Made by a program: the position numbers and the translations under genes. Positions 31,224-40,488 of a stretch of DNA of 64,000 nucleotides are shown here, one piece after another. The DNA is from Pseudomonadota bacterium (GTDB taxonomy: Bacteria; Pseudomonadota; Gammaproteobacteria; Burkholderiales; Burkholderiaceae_C). The stretch lies in NCBI GenBank assembly GCA_041694945.1, contig JBGFRU010000044.1:15165-79164 (forward strand), given 5' to 3'. A model generated the notes under the pieces. It made no database searches. It saw nothing but the letters and a program-made list of their open reading frames with translations, and was not told where the DNA came from. Within the stretch, counting starts at the first letter, position 1; each line of letters starts with the position of its first letter.

Positions 31224-32350
31224 ACATTCCGTTCAACAAACCCTACATGACGGGCAAGGAGCTGTACTACATTGCCGAGGCCCATTTCAACGGCAAACTC
31301 GCCGGCGACGGCCCCTTTACCCGGCGCTGCCACGAGTGGCTCGAACAGCGCACCGGCACGCGCAAGGCGCTGCTGACGCATTCATGCACCGCGGCACTGG
31401 AGATGGCGGCGCTGCTGCTCGATCTGGCCCCGGGCGATGAAGTCATCATGCCGTCCTACACCTTTGTTTCGACCGCCAATGCCTTTGTGCTGCGCGGCGC
31501 AACGCCGGTATTCGTTGACATTCGGCCCGATACCCTCAATATCGACGAGACGCTGATCGAAGCGGCCATTACACCGCGCACCCGGGCCATTGTCGTCGTG
31601 CATTACGCGGGTGTGGGTTGCGAGATGGACGCCGTCATGGCCATAGCCCAGCGCCACGGTTTGTTCGTGGTAGAAGACGCCGCACAGGGGCTGATGGCCA
31701 GCTACCGCGGACGCGCCCTGGGCTCGATCGGGCATCTGGGCTGCCTGAGCTTTCACGAAACCAAGAACATCATCTCGGGCGAAGGCGGGGCCTTGCTGGT
31801 GAACGACCCGCGCTGGCTGGAGCGGGCCGAAATCTTGCGCGAAAAAGGCACCAACCGCAGCCAGTTCTTTCGCGGCGAAGTCGACAAATACACTTGGTGC
31901 GACGTCGGGTCGAGCTTTTTGCCGGGCGAGTTGGTAGCGGCTTTTCTGTGGGCACAGATGCAGGAAGCCGACCGCATCACGGCGCAGAGGCTGGAACTCT
32001 GGCAGCGCTACGACCGTTTTTTTTCGGCCGCCAGCCGCTCGCTGCGCTTCGATCGCCCCTATGTGGCACCGCACTGCCAGCACAACGCCCACATGTACGC
32101 CATCCGCCTGCGCGACCTGGAGCAGCGCAGCGCTTTCATCGGGCAGCTCAAGCAGCAAGGCATACACAGCGTGTTTCACTATGTGCCGCTGCATTCAGCC
32201 CCGCTCGGCCAGCGCCTGGGGCGGTGTGTGGGCACGCTGGAAACCACGCAGCGCGAGTCCGAGCGCCTGGTGCGTTTGCCACTGTGGCTGGGGCTGGAGG
32301 CGCAACTCGAGCATGTGCTGGCTGCGATCGATGGCTTCGTTGCCGAATGA
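31220..32350 (+). CDS. DegT/DnrJ/EryC1-family dTDP-4-keto-6-deoxyhexose aminotransferase (WecE/VioA-like)
   Basis: MNIPFNKPYMTGKELYYIAEAH..THSCTAALEMAALLLDL.PGDEVIMPSYTFVSTANAF..FHETKNI (PLP lysine context). Confidence 0.88.
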   Translation: MNIPFNKPYMTGKELYYIAEAHFNGKLAGDGPFTRRCHEWLEQRTGTRKALLTHSCTAALEMAALLLDLAPGDEVIMPSYTFVSTANAFVLRGATPVFVDIRPDTLNIDETLIEAAITPRTRAIVVVHYAGVGCEMDAVMAIAQRHGLFVVEDAAQGLMASYRGRALGSIGHLGCLSFHETKNIISGEGGALLVNDPRWLERAEILREKGTNRSQFFRGEVDKYTWCDVGSSFLPGELVAAFLWAQMQEADRITAQRLELWQRYDRFFSAASRSLRFDRPYVAPHCQHNAHMYAIRLRDLEQRSAFIGQLKQQGIHSVFHYVPLHSAPLGQRLGRCVGTLETTQRESERLVRLPLWLGLEAQLEHVLAAIDGFVAE

Positions 32351-32481
32351 GGCTGCCGCCCTTGGACGCCAAGCGCGCGCCTTCACCAGCTCAGGCACCG
32401 GCCGGAACTGGCCTGGGCTCAAGTTGCACCAGCTCGCGGCCGATATAAGGGCATCACCACTGCTTGCCCCAGGTCAGCTCC

Positions 32482-33039
32482 ATGAACCCAGCCGCCCACC
32501 GCTCTGCCCGTGCCTATGCCAGCGTCGGATTCGAGAGCCGCGCCGACGGCAGCGGCCCGCACGAGGTCGTCACCCTGCTGTTCGAGGGCCTGCTCGAGCG
32601 CATCCAGCTGAGCAAGCTGGCGCTGGAGCAGCGCGATGTGGACAACAAAATCCGCCACATCAACAAGGCCCTGCAGATTCTGGGCGAGGGCCTGCGCACG
32701 CACCTCGACACCAAGGCCGGCGGTGAGCTGGCACAGCAGCTCGACAGCCTCTACGCCTACTGCTCGGTGCGCCTGCTGGATGCCAACGCGCACAACGACG
32801 CCGCCGCGCTCGACGAAGTGCACGGCTTGCTCAAACCGGTGGCCGACGCCTGGCGCGAATGCCGGCCGCCATCCGGGGCACCAGGAGCCCATGCGTTTGC
32901 CGCAGCGGCAGCGCCAGCCAGCGCCAGCCCTGCCAAGAATGAGACGGCCACCTACCCACCCAACCCTGCACCCAGCTATGGTTCCGGGCGCAGTGGCGGC
33001 TCGAGCTTGGGTGGGGCGCTGCTGCGCTACGCTGCGTAA
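32482..33039 (+). CDS. fliS: flagellar export chaperone FliS with a long low-complexity C-terminal tail
   Basis: ..AYASVGFESRADGSGPHEVVTLLFEGLLERI..AL.ILGEGLRTHLD...GGELAQQLDSLYAYCSVRLLDAN.. Start at ATG 32482; the track uses TTG 32464. Confidence 0.88.
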   Translation: MNPAAHRSARAYASVGFESRADGSGPHEVVTLLFEGLLERIQLSKLALEQRDVDNKIRHINKALQILGEGLRTHLDTKAGGELAQQLDSLYAYCSVRLLDANAHNDAAALDEVHGLLKPVADAWRECRPPSGAPGAHAFAAAAAPASASPAKNETATYPPNPAPSYGSGRSGGSSLGGALLRYAA

Positions 33040-33053
33040 GCGACAGGCAGGCA

Positions 33054-33095
33054 AAGCCGCCAGAAGCGAAGGTTTCTGGCGGCTTTTCTGTATTT
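33054..33095. terminator. hairpin terminator between fliS and tRNA-Lys
   Basis: AAGCCGCCAGAA-gcgaagg-TTCTGGCGGCTT followed by ttctgtatttt on the + strand. Confidence 0.6.
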
Positions 33096-33171
33096 TGGTA
33101 GGTCGTGCAGGATTCGAACCTGCGACCAACGGATTAAAAGTCCGCTGCTCTACCAACTGAGCTAACGACCC
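33096..33171 (-). tRNA. tRNA-Lys (anticodon UUU)
   Basis: Reverse complement is GGGTCGTTAGCTCAGTTGGTAGAGCAGCGGACTTTTAATCCGTTGGTCGCAGGTTCGAATCCTGCACGACCTACCA. It folds as a cloverleaf by hand, with anticodon loop CTTTTAA, T-loop GGTTCGAATCC, and an encoded CCA. Confidence 0.93.
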
Positions 33172-33267
33172 ACTCTGCTTGACAACGCCGATAACCAACG
33201 CCGCCAAGCCTCGCATTATATCCTGTTTTTTAGCCTTTGCGGCCTGTTTTTGTGTAGCGGGCTGCGC

Positions 33268-34188
33268 TTATCGGGTTCGGGCTTGCTTGCGCCCAGGGTC
33301 TTTCGCCCCAGACGTCCGCACTTCCCCCGCCAAACGCTCCAGCACCCATGAGGCCGCCGCCATGCCAAAGCCCGCCGTCACCGCCACGCTGGAGCCGTAA
33401 CCGTGGCAGTTGAGGCTGCCGTCGCCTGCACCCTGCACACCGCAGGCAGGGTCGGGTGGGGCCACGGGTTCGCGGCTGAACACGCAGGCCAGCCCCATCG
33501 GCCCGCGCGCGGCTGCGGCACGGACACGGCGCAGACTGGAGCGCAGCCGGGCCAGCAGCGGGTCGTGGGTGACGGCGGACAAATCGGCGATCTCGATGCG
33601 CTGCGCCTGCCGCTTGCCACCGGCGGCGCCGCAGGTGATGAAGTGCGGCCGGGCTTGCAAGGCCCAAGCCGCCAGCGCTTCCTTGGCGCTGCGCTGGTCG
33701 CAGGCGTCGATCAGGGCCTGTGGCAAGCCGTTGCGGTCCTCGATCTGCTGCCGCAGCGCGCCCCAGTTGGCGGGCGTGACGAACTCGTCCAGCGCGTGCA
33801 CCTGCGCGGCCGGGTTGATCTGGGCGATGCGCTGCTGCATGGCCTGCACCTTGGACTGCCCCAGGGTGCCGTTGAGGGCGTGCAGCTGGCGGTTGACGTT
33901 GGACTCGGCCACGTGGTCGAGGTCGATCAGCGTCAGACGCCCGACGCCGCTGCGCGCCAGCGCCTCGGCCGCCCACGAACCCACGCCCCCGATGCCGACC
34001 ACCACCACATGGGCATCAAAAATGCGCTGCGCCCCAGCGGCACCGTAGAGGCGGCGCAAGGCGCCAAAACGGCGCTCGAAGCCCTCGAAAGGCTCAGCCA
34101 CAGCAGGCCTCTGTTCGGGGGTCGAAGGCTGGGCAACTGCGGGCTCGAGGAGCGCGGGCTCGATGGCCAGCGGCGCGGTTTCAGCCAC
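33268..34188 (-). CDS. tcdA: tRNA threonylcarbamoyladenosine dehydratase (ThiF-family, TcdA/CsdL)
   Basis: ..RRFGALRRLYGAAGAQRIFDAHVVVVGIGGVGSWAAEALARSGVGRLTLIDLDHVAESNVNRQ.. Start uncertain: GTG 34188 overlaps the yeeE stop, and the track ATG is at 34239. Confidence 0.85.
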   Translation of the reverse strand: MAETAPLAIEPALLEPAVAQPSTPEQRPAVAEPFEGFERRFGALRRLYGAAGAQRIFDAHVVVVGIGGVGSWAAEALARSGVGRLTLIDLDHVAESNVNRQLHALNGTLGQSKVQAMQQRIAQINPAAQVHALDEFVTPANWGALRQQIEDRNGLPQALIDACDQRSAKEALAAWALQARPHFITCGAAGGKRQAQRIEIADLSAVTHDPLLARLRSSLRRVRAAAARGPMGLACVFSREPVAPPDPACGVQGAGDGSLNCHGYGSSVAVTAGFGMAAASWVLERLAGEVRTSGAKDPGRKQARTR

Positions 34189-35317
34189 GCTCGAGCAGCC
34201 AGATCTGGAAACGCAGCCCGCCCACCGCCCCCAGGCCAATGCCCGCCACAGCGATCAGGCTGCCCAGGCTCAGGGTCGAGAGGCCCGAGAGGCCCTGCCC
34301 GATGGTGCAGCCCATCGCCGTCACGCCGCCCACCCCCATGCACACGGCGCCGACCAGGTGCAAGGCGGTGTCCTGGGTGCTGCGAAAGCCCTCCCAGTAA
34401 AAGCCGCGGCTCAGCAACGCATAAGCCAAGGAACCCAGCACCACCCCCAGCACCGACACCACCCCGAGGGTGAGGACCCTGGAGGCGTCGCTGAAAAAAA
34501 TCAGCCACTGGAGCGCGTAGGCCATGGGCGCAGTGAAGGTGAGCGACTCCATGACGCCGGTGTTGGTGGCCAGAAACACTGGATCCAGCGTCTCGGGGTG
34601 CTCGGGGACGAAGGCCAGCACGCCCGTGACCCACCACAGCGCCACCACCGTGGCACCGATGCCGATTCCGGCCAGGCAGTTGTCGGGCGAGGAACGAAAA
34701 TCACGGCTGGCCAGCGCCCAGACGATCAGGGCCACGCCGACCAGCCCGGCCAGCCCCAGCGCCGCACCCGGCGCGCCCCACAGCCCCGCCAGCCACAGGG
34801 GCAAGGCGCTGCTGCCATCCAGATCCAGCGCCACCTGATCGATGGTCTGGTGGCGCAGCACCGCCGTCACGCCACTCAGGGTGGCGTAGGCTGCAAAACC
34901 CATGACGAAGAAAACCACCAGCGATTTGAGGTTGCCGGCGCCGATGCGCACCAGCGTCTTGCTGCCGCAACCCGATGCCAGCACCATGCCAAAGCCAAAC
35001 ATGGCCCCACCGACGAGGGCCGACAGCCACAGCACCCGGCTGCCGCCGTAGATGGTTTGCGTCGGATCGATCCAGCCCAGCGCCGCCATGCCATAAAAGC
35101 CGAGCATGGCGACACCGGCCGCCATGCCCCACATGCGCAGGCGCGTCCAGTCGCCCATGTTGACGACATCGCTGATGGCGCCCATGGTGCAAAAATGGGT
35201 GCGCTGGGCCAGGGCGCCAAACACGAAAGCGACCGCAAAGGCGGCCCACAGCACAAGGCTGGCTTGCGCTTGGAGATCAGACATTTCCATGGCCAGCGAT
35301 TGTAGTGGCCCCAGCAT
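34181..35317 (-). CDS. YeeE/YedE-family sulfur-compound (thiosulfate) transporter
   Basis: Polytopic protein with two repeats carrying conserved Cys contexts (..RTHFCTMGAISD.. and ..GVTAMGCTIGQGLSG..). Confidence 0.85.
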   Translation of the reverse strand: MLGPLQSLAMEMSDLQAQASLVLWAAFAVAFVFGALAQRTHFCTMGAISDVVNMGDWTRLRMWGMAAGVAMLGFYGMAALGWIDPTQTIYGGSRVLWLSALVGGAMFGFGMVLASGCGSKTLVRIGAGNLKSLVVFFVMGFAAYATLSGVTAVLRHQTIDQVALDLDGSSALPLWLAGLWGAPGAALGLAGLVGVALIVWALASRDFRSSPDNCLAGIGIGATVVALWWVTGVLAFVPEHPETLDPVFLATNTGVMESLTFTAPMAYALQWLIFFSDASRVLTLGVVSVLGVVLGSLAYALLSRGFYWEGFRSTQDTALHLVGAVCMGVGGVTAMGCTIGQGLSGLSTLSLGSLIAVAGIGLGAVGGLRFQIWLLERG

Positions 35318-35404
35318 TTGCCTGCCTATTTGCGGCCCCCGACCGGGCCCAGGCTGCGACGCAGGCCGTGAACCCTACACGGCAGGCGCGCAAGGCCAAT
35401 CCGC

Positions 35405-36262
35405 TCAGCGCAGCCGCGCCAGCCGCTCGCGCGCCACGGCGGCGGCTTCGGTGTTGGGGTGCGCCTGGATCAGCTCTTGCAGGGCAGCTCGGGCGGCCCG
35501 GTTGTCGCGCTGCGCGATGTGCGCATTGGCGATGCCGAGCAAGGCGTCGGGCACCCGCGGGTGGCGCGGCGAAGCAGCGATCATGCGCCTGAAGGTTTCG
35601 ACGGCTGCGGCGTGCTGGCGCGCCGCATACTGCGCGTTGCCCTGCCAATACAGGGCCGGCACCACGTAGCCGCTGCGCGGAAACTGCGCCACCACCTCGC
35701 CAAACAGGCGTGCTGCGCGCTCAAACTCGGAGGCGCGCAGCACCACCATGGCGGCGTCGAAAGCCTGCACCTCTTCGGGCCGCGCCTGAAACTCCACCCC
35801 CTCGACGGTGACGGTGAGCGGCTCCAGCGGACGCAGGCGCTGGTCGAGCTGTCCCTGCCAGTCGCGCTGCAAATCGCGCTGCTGGCGCTGCAGCTCGGCC
35901 ACCAGGTGCGCCAGGCGCTCGTTGTGCCCGCGCAGTTCGGCCAATTCGCGGCGCAGGGCGTCGTTTTGCGCCCCGATCTCGACCAGATTGCGGCGCAGAC
36001 CCAGCAGTTCTTCGTCGAAGCGCTGGATGAGCTCGGTTTGCTGCTGCCGCAACTGCTGTTGCTGCTGCTGCTGGGCTTGGGTGGCTTGCTCGGCCGTCAC
36101 CCGGTTGGCCTCGACGCGCTCGCGCAGATCGATGATCGCACGTCGGGCCTGGTCGTCGCCGCCAAACAGCTGCGCCTGCGCCGGCAAGGCCGCAGCCAGC
36201 AGCGCCAGCAGCAGACCCCATGCGCCCAGACGGGCGCCAGCAAAGGTGGAACGTGCAGGCAT
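35405..36262 (-). CDS. cpoB: Tol-Pal system protein CpoB/YbgF
   Basis: Signal peptide (..LLLALLAAALPAQA), a Q-rich coiled coil, and C-terminal TPR repeats. The ATG at 36262 lies 1 nt downstream of the pal TGA stop (36266..36264). Confidence 0.88.
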   Translation of the reverse strand: MPARSTFAGARLGAWGLLLALLAAALPAQAQLFGGDDQARRAIIDLRERVEANRVTAEQATQAQQQQQQQLRQQQTELIQRFDEELLGLRRNLVEIGAQNDALRRELAELRGHNERLAHLVAELQRQQRDLQRDWQGQLDQRLRPLEPLTVTVEGVEFQARPEEVQAFDAAMVVLRASEFERAARLFGEVVAQFPRSGYVVPALYWQGNAQYAARQHAAAVETFRRMIAASPRHPRVPDALLGIANAHIAQRDNRAARAALQELIQAHPNTEAAAVARERLARLR

Positions 36263-36263
36263 G

Positions 36264-36914
36264 TCAGCGATAAACCAGTTCGACGCGGCGGTTTTGGCTG
36301 TGTGCGGCTTCGTCGGTGCCGGCGTTGGCCGGTTTTTCTTCGCCAAAACTGACCGCCTCCATCTGCGCGTCCTGCACCCCCATCAGGGCGAGCGAGCGGC
36401 GCACCGCTTCGGCGCGCTTTTGGCCCAGCGCGAGGTTGTATTCGCGGCCGCCGCGCTCGTCGGTGTGGCCCTCGAGCGCCACGCGGCGCTGGCGGTCGGC
36501 CGCCAGAAAGCGCGCGTGCCCTTCGAGCAAGGGAACGAATTCGGCGCGCACGGTGTATTGGTCGAAATCAAAAAACACCAAGCGCGCCAAGTGTGCCGGC
36601 TGCTGCCCAATGGCGGTGGTGCCAGCCTGCGCCGGGGCCACGGCGCGCTGATCCACCGCTGCCGCTCCAGCCGGCGCGGCCGGTGCAACCCCGATTTGCT
36701 GCACCGGCACGGCGGTGCGGTCTTGCACCGGCACGTCTTCGGCCAAATTGACGTTGGAACCGCAGGCGGCCAAAAGCAGGGCCGCACACAGCACGGCGGC
36801 GGCTTGGAGCGGGCGCGTGAGCGGCCGGGGGCGCAAGCTGGCGCGCTTGCCACCGGTGTCAAAAAGATTGCCGAAATGGGTACCAAAGAGTGATTGCATG
36901 ATGGTCATGAACAT
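36264..36914 (-). CDS. pal: peptidoglycan-associated lipoprotein Pal
   Basis: Lipobox LLLAACGS and an OmpA-like domain (VFFDFDQYTV..LEGHTDERGGREYNLALGQKRAEAV..NRRVELV). The exact start is uncertain. Confidence 0.92.
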   Translation of the reverse strand: MFMTIMQSLFGTHFGNLFDTGGKRASLRPRPLTRPLQAAAVLCAALLLAACGSNVNLAEDVPVQDRTAVPVQQIGVAPAAPAGAAAVDQRAVAPAQAGTTAIGQQPAHLARLVFFDFDQYTVRAEFVPLLEGHARFLAADRQRRVALEGHTDERGGREYNLALGQKRAEAVRRSLALMGVQDAQMEAVSFGEEKPANAGTDEAAHSQNRRVELVYR

Positions 36915-37099
36915 GAAAATGAATGGATCCGAAGCCTTCAGAGGCTGAGAGGCAATTGGGCGTGACCGAAAGGGCGCACCAAAGCGCCGCCGGCAAGACG
37001 CAAAGCACAGCCGTAGCCCGAGCTACGGCGCGCATTTGCAACGCCGCAGGCGGTATTTTGGAGCGTCAAGGCGGGCATGACTGATTGCCTTTCAGCCTC

Positions 37100-38434
37100 T
37101 TAGCGCTGAAACGGCCCCCAATCGGGCTCGCGGACGCCGCCCGGCGCGCTGGCCAGCCGGGTTTTGATGCGGCCATCGAGCGAGGTGGTCATCAACACTT
37201 CACGGCCTTGCGCTTGGGTGGCGTACATGATCAGGCGGCTGTTGGGTGCAAAACTGGGGCTTTCGTCGGCGCTGGTGTCGGTCAAGGGGGTGATGCGGCC
37301 ATTGGCCAGTTCCATCACGCAGACCCGAAACGCGCCCCCGATGCGCGAGATGTAAGCCAACCAACGGCCGTCGGGGCTGACGGCCGGCGAGATGTTGTAG
37401 TTGCCTTCAAACGTGACGCGGGCCACGTCGGCACCCGCCGGCGTCATGCGGTAGATCTGCGGCGAGCCACCGCGGTCGCTCACAAAATACACCGTGCGCC
37501 CATCGGGGGTGAAGGCCGGTTCGGTTTCGATGCCGCTGGTTTGGGTGATGCGCTGCGGCTGCCCGCCACCGGCGGCGTCGATGGCAAAAATCTGCGACGA
37601 GCCACCAAAGGTGAGCGTGGCCAGCAGCCGCCGGCCATCGGGTGACCACGCCGGGGCGCTGTTGGAGCCGCGAAAGCCGGCCAGCAAGCGGCGGCGCCCA
37701 GTGGCCACTTCGTGGGTGTAAATGACCGGCCGACGCGCCTCGAACGACACGTAAGCCAGCTGTTGCCCATTGGGCGACCAAGCCGGCGAGATGATCGGCT
37801 CGGCGCTGGCCAGAGCGGTTTGGGCGTTTTCGCCGTCGGCATCGGCCACCCACAGGTTGTGGCGCTCGCCGTGGCGCGAGATGTAGGCGATGCGGGTGGC
37901 AAAAACACCCGGGTCGCCGGTCAGGCGCTCATAGACATAATCCGACAGGCGGTGCGCCGCCAGCCGCAGGTCGCTGGCGGGCACGGGGAAGCTCAAGCCC
38001 CCGAGGTCTTGCGCCCGCACCACGTCCCAGAGCCTGAAGCGCACATCGAAGCGCCCATCGGCCAAGCGGTTCACGCTGCCGGTGATGAGCGCATCGACAC
38101 CAGCGGCGCGCCAAGGGGCTAGGTCGGGCCGGGCGGTTTCGTCGAGGATGGCGCTGCCCCCGGGGAGGGCACGCAGCTGGCCGCTGCGCTCGAGGTTGGC
38201 GCGCACGATCGCCGGCACATCTTGCGGCAGCCCGGTGGCCAGCCGAAACGGGGCGATGGCAAAGGGGATCTGCTGCAAGCCGACCCCGGTGACCTCGACC
38301 CGAAACTGCGCCTGCGCCGGCCCCCACGCGCCCAAGGCCAAGCCCGAGCCGCCCAGCGCCGCCAAGGCGTGAAAACGGCGCCGGGTGAGGCCAGATAGCG
38401 GAGGAACGGGCATTTGCAAGGGTGTCTGGTGCAT
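37100..38434 (-). CDS. tolB: Tol-Pal system beta-propeller protein TolB
   Basis: N-terminal signal with RRRF, then repeated ..SPAWSPDG..LAY.S/..P.FSPDG.. propeller blades. Start trimmed to ATG 38434. Confidence 0.93.
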   Translation of the reverse strand: MHQTPLQMPVPPLSGLTRRRFHALAALGGSGLALGAWGPAQAQFRVEVTGVGLQQIPFAIAPFRLATGLPQDVPAIVRANLERSGQLRALPGGSAILDETARPDLAPWRAAGVDALITGSVNRLADGRFDVRFRLWDVVRAQDLGGLSFPVPASDLRLAAHRLSDYVYERLTGDPGVFATRIAYISRHGERHNLWVADADGENAQTALASAEPIISPAWSPNGQQLAYVSFEARRPVIYTHEVATGRRRLLAGFRGSNSAPAWSPDGRRLLATLTFGGSSQIFAIDAAGGGQPQRITQTSGIETEPAFTPDGRTVYFVSDRGGSPQIYRMTPAGADVARVTFEGNYNISPAVSPDGRWLAYISRIGGAFRVCVMELANGRITPLTDTSADESPSFAPNSRLIMYATQAQGREVLMTTSLDGRIKTRLASAPGGVREPDWGPFQR

Positions 38435-38656
38435 GAATCGAGAAGCAAAAACAGTGGAAAGCGGCCGGGCTTGGCTGGCAAGCTGCCAGCGCCCCAGCCA
38501 CCGGCGCATCAGACCGATAATAGCGGAAGTGCTGCGCTTCGTACCTGCTGGGTGAGGCCGTAAGCCCCTAAAGTTCCCCTGCTCGCCCCGCAGCCGGCGC
38601 GCCGCAGGCCACACCACGGCAGCGCTTGCTGCCCGCAGTTTTTACACGCTCCGATC

Positions 38657-40447
38657 TTGCACGACCGCCCTGCCCCTGCCCACGAGGCCGCCCACACCGC
38701 CCCGACCGATGCCCGCTCCCTAGGCCAACGCCTGCTGCGGGTCTGGCCCTATTTTCGTTTGCACAAGGGTGCGCTGGGGCTGGCTTTTCTGGGCGCGCTC
38801 ATCGCCGCGCTCACCGAGCCCGCGATCCCGGCGCTGCTGCAAATCCTGCTCGACGAAGGCTTTGTGGCCGGCAGCTTTCCGCTCTGGTTGGTGCCGGTGG
38901 CGCTGATGGGGCTGTTTGCCGTGCGCGGCTTGGCCACCTTTGCCGCCAAGTACGCGCTCAGCTACGTGGCGGCGGGGGCCATGGTGCAGTTGCGCCGCGC
39001 CATGTTCGAGCGCCTCAACGACGCCGAACTGACGCTGTTTGGCGAGCAAAGCGCCAGCAAGCTCTCCAACACCCTGGTCTATGAGGTGCAGACCGGGGCC
39101 CACATGCTGGTCAACAGCGTGCTGACGCTGGTGCGCGATGTGCTCACCGTGATCGCGCTGCTGGCCTATCTGCTGTTTTTGAACTGGCAGCTGACCCTGA
39201 TCGTGCTGGCGCTGTTTCCGCCGCTGGCTTGGGTGATGCGGGTGCTCTCCAAGCGCCTGTACCGCCTGACGCGCAGCAGCCAACTGGCCACCGACGAGCT
39301 GGCCTATGTGGTGGAAGAAAACGCGCTGGCGCACCGCGTGGTGCGGCTGCACGGGGCCCAGGCGCAGCAGACGCAGCGCTTTGACCGACTCAACCTGGTG
39401 CTGCGCCGGCTGGCGCTCAAGGCCACCGTGGCCGGGGCCGCCGTGGCCCCGCTGACGCAGATGCTGGCCGCCGCCGCGCTGTCCACGGTGATCATGATTG
39501 CGCTCTGGCAAAGTGCGACCAGCGGCGTGACGGTGGGCAGCTTCGTCGGCTTTGTCACCGCCATGCTCATGCTCATCAGCCCGATCCGCCAACTGGCCGA
39601 CCTCGTGACCCCGATCACGCGCGGGCTGGCAGCACTCGAGCGCGCGCTGGAGCTGATCGAGCACACCCCGGTGCAGCGCGGCGGCACGCACCGCACCGAC
39701 CGCGCCGTCGGGCGCTTGAGCCTGGAGCAGGTCTGGGTGCAGTACGGCAGCAAAGACGACGCGGCGTTGCGCGGCATCAACCTCGAGGTGGCGGCTGGCG
39801 AGGTGGTGGCGCTGGTGGGCCCCTCGGGCTCGGGCAAAACCACCTTGGCCAACTTGCTGCCGCGTTTTGTCGAGGCCAGCGCCGGCACGCTGCGGCTCGA
39901 TGCCGTGGCCCTGCCCGACTGGGATCTGGCCAGCCTGCGGCGCCAGTACGCCATGGTCAGCCAAGACGTGGTGATGTTCAACGACACCCTGGCGGCCAAC
40001 GTGGCCCTGGGCGCCGAGTTCGACGAGGAACGGGTGCGCCAGGCGCTGGAATCGGCCAACTTGGGCGAGCTGCTGCAGACCCTGCCGCAGGGCATGCACA
40101 CCGCGGTGGGGCACAACGCCACCGAGCTCTCGGGCGGCCAGCGCCAGCGGCTGGCGATTGCGCGCGCGATCTACAAAGACGCACCGATCCTGATCTTGGA
40201 CGAAGCCACTTCGGCGCTGGACAACGAATCCGAGCGCCTGGTGCAAGAGGCGCTGCAGCGGCTGATGCGCGGGCGCACGACGCTGGTGATCGCGCACCGG
40301 CTCTCGACCATCGAACACGCCGACCGCGTGCTGGTGCTGGCGCAAGGCCAGATCGTCGAGCAGGGCCGCCACGAGGCGCTGCTGGCCGCCAACGGCGTGT
40401 ATGCGCGGCTCCACGCGCTCAGCTTGGGGGGCAAATGGTCGGAATGA
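38657..40447 (+). CDS. msbA: lipid A export ABC transporter permease/ATPase MsbA
   Basis: Six-TM domain plus an NBD with Walker A GPSGSGKTT, signature LSGGQRQR and Walker B ILILDEATSALD. TTG start, uncertain. Confidence 0.92.
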   Translation: MHDRPAPAHEAAHTAPTDARSLGQRLLRVWPYFRLHKGALGLAFLGALIAALTEPAIPALLQILLDEGFVAGSFPLWLVPVALMGLFAVRGLATFAAKYALSYVAAGAMVQLRRAMFERLNDAELTLFGEQSASKLSNTLVYEVQTGAHMLVNSVLTLVRDVLTVIALLAYLLFLNWQLTLIVLALFPPLAWVMRVLSKRLYRLTRSSQLATDELAYVVEENALAHRVVRLHGAQAQQTQRFDRLNLVLRRLALKATVAGAAVAPLTQMLAAAALSTVIMIALWQSATSGVTVGSFVGFVTAMLMLISPIRQLADLVTPITRGLAALERALELIEHTPVQRGGTHRTDRAVGRLSLEQVWVQYGSKDDAALRGINLEVAAGEVVALVGPSGSGKTTLANLLPRFVEASAGTLRLDAVALPDWDLASLRRQYAMVSQDVVMFNDTLAANVALGAEFDEERVRQALESANLGELLQTLPQGMHTAVGHNATELSGGQRQRLAIARAIYKDAPILILDEATSALDNESERLVQEALQRLMRGRTTLVIAHRLSTIEHADRVLVLAQGQIVEQGRHEALLAANGVYARLHALSLGGKWSE

Positions 40448-40488
40448 AATGGTTGGAATGAAGCCCGGCCGGGCGCCACCCAAAGGCG

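Noticed and set aside
36859-37041. 60-aa minus-strand ORF in the tolB-pal spacer
   Set aside because: It overlaps the pal start region, has poor codon usage and no SD. The region is better explained as a structured non-coding element.
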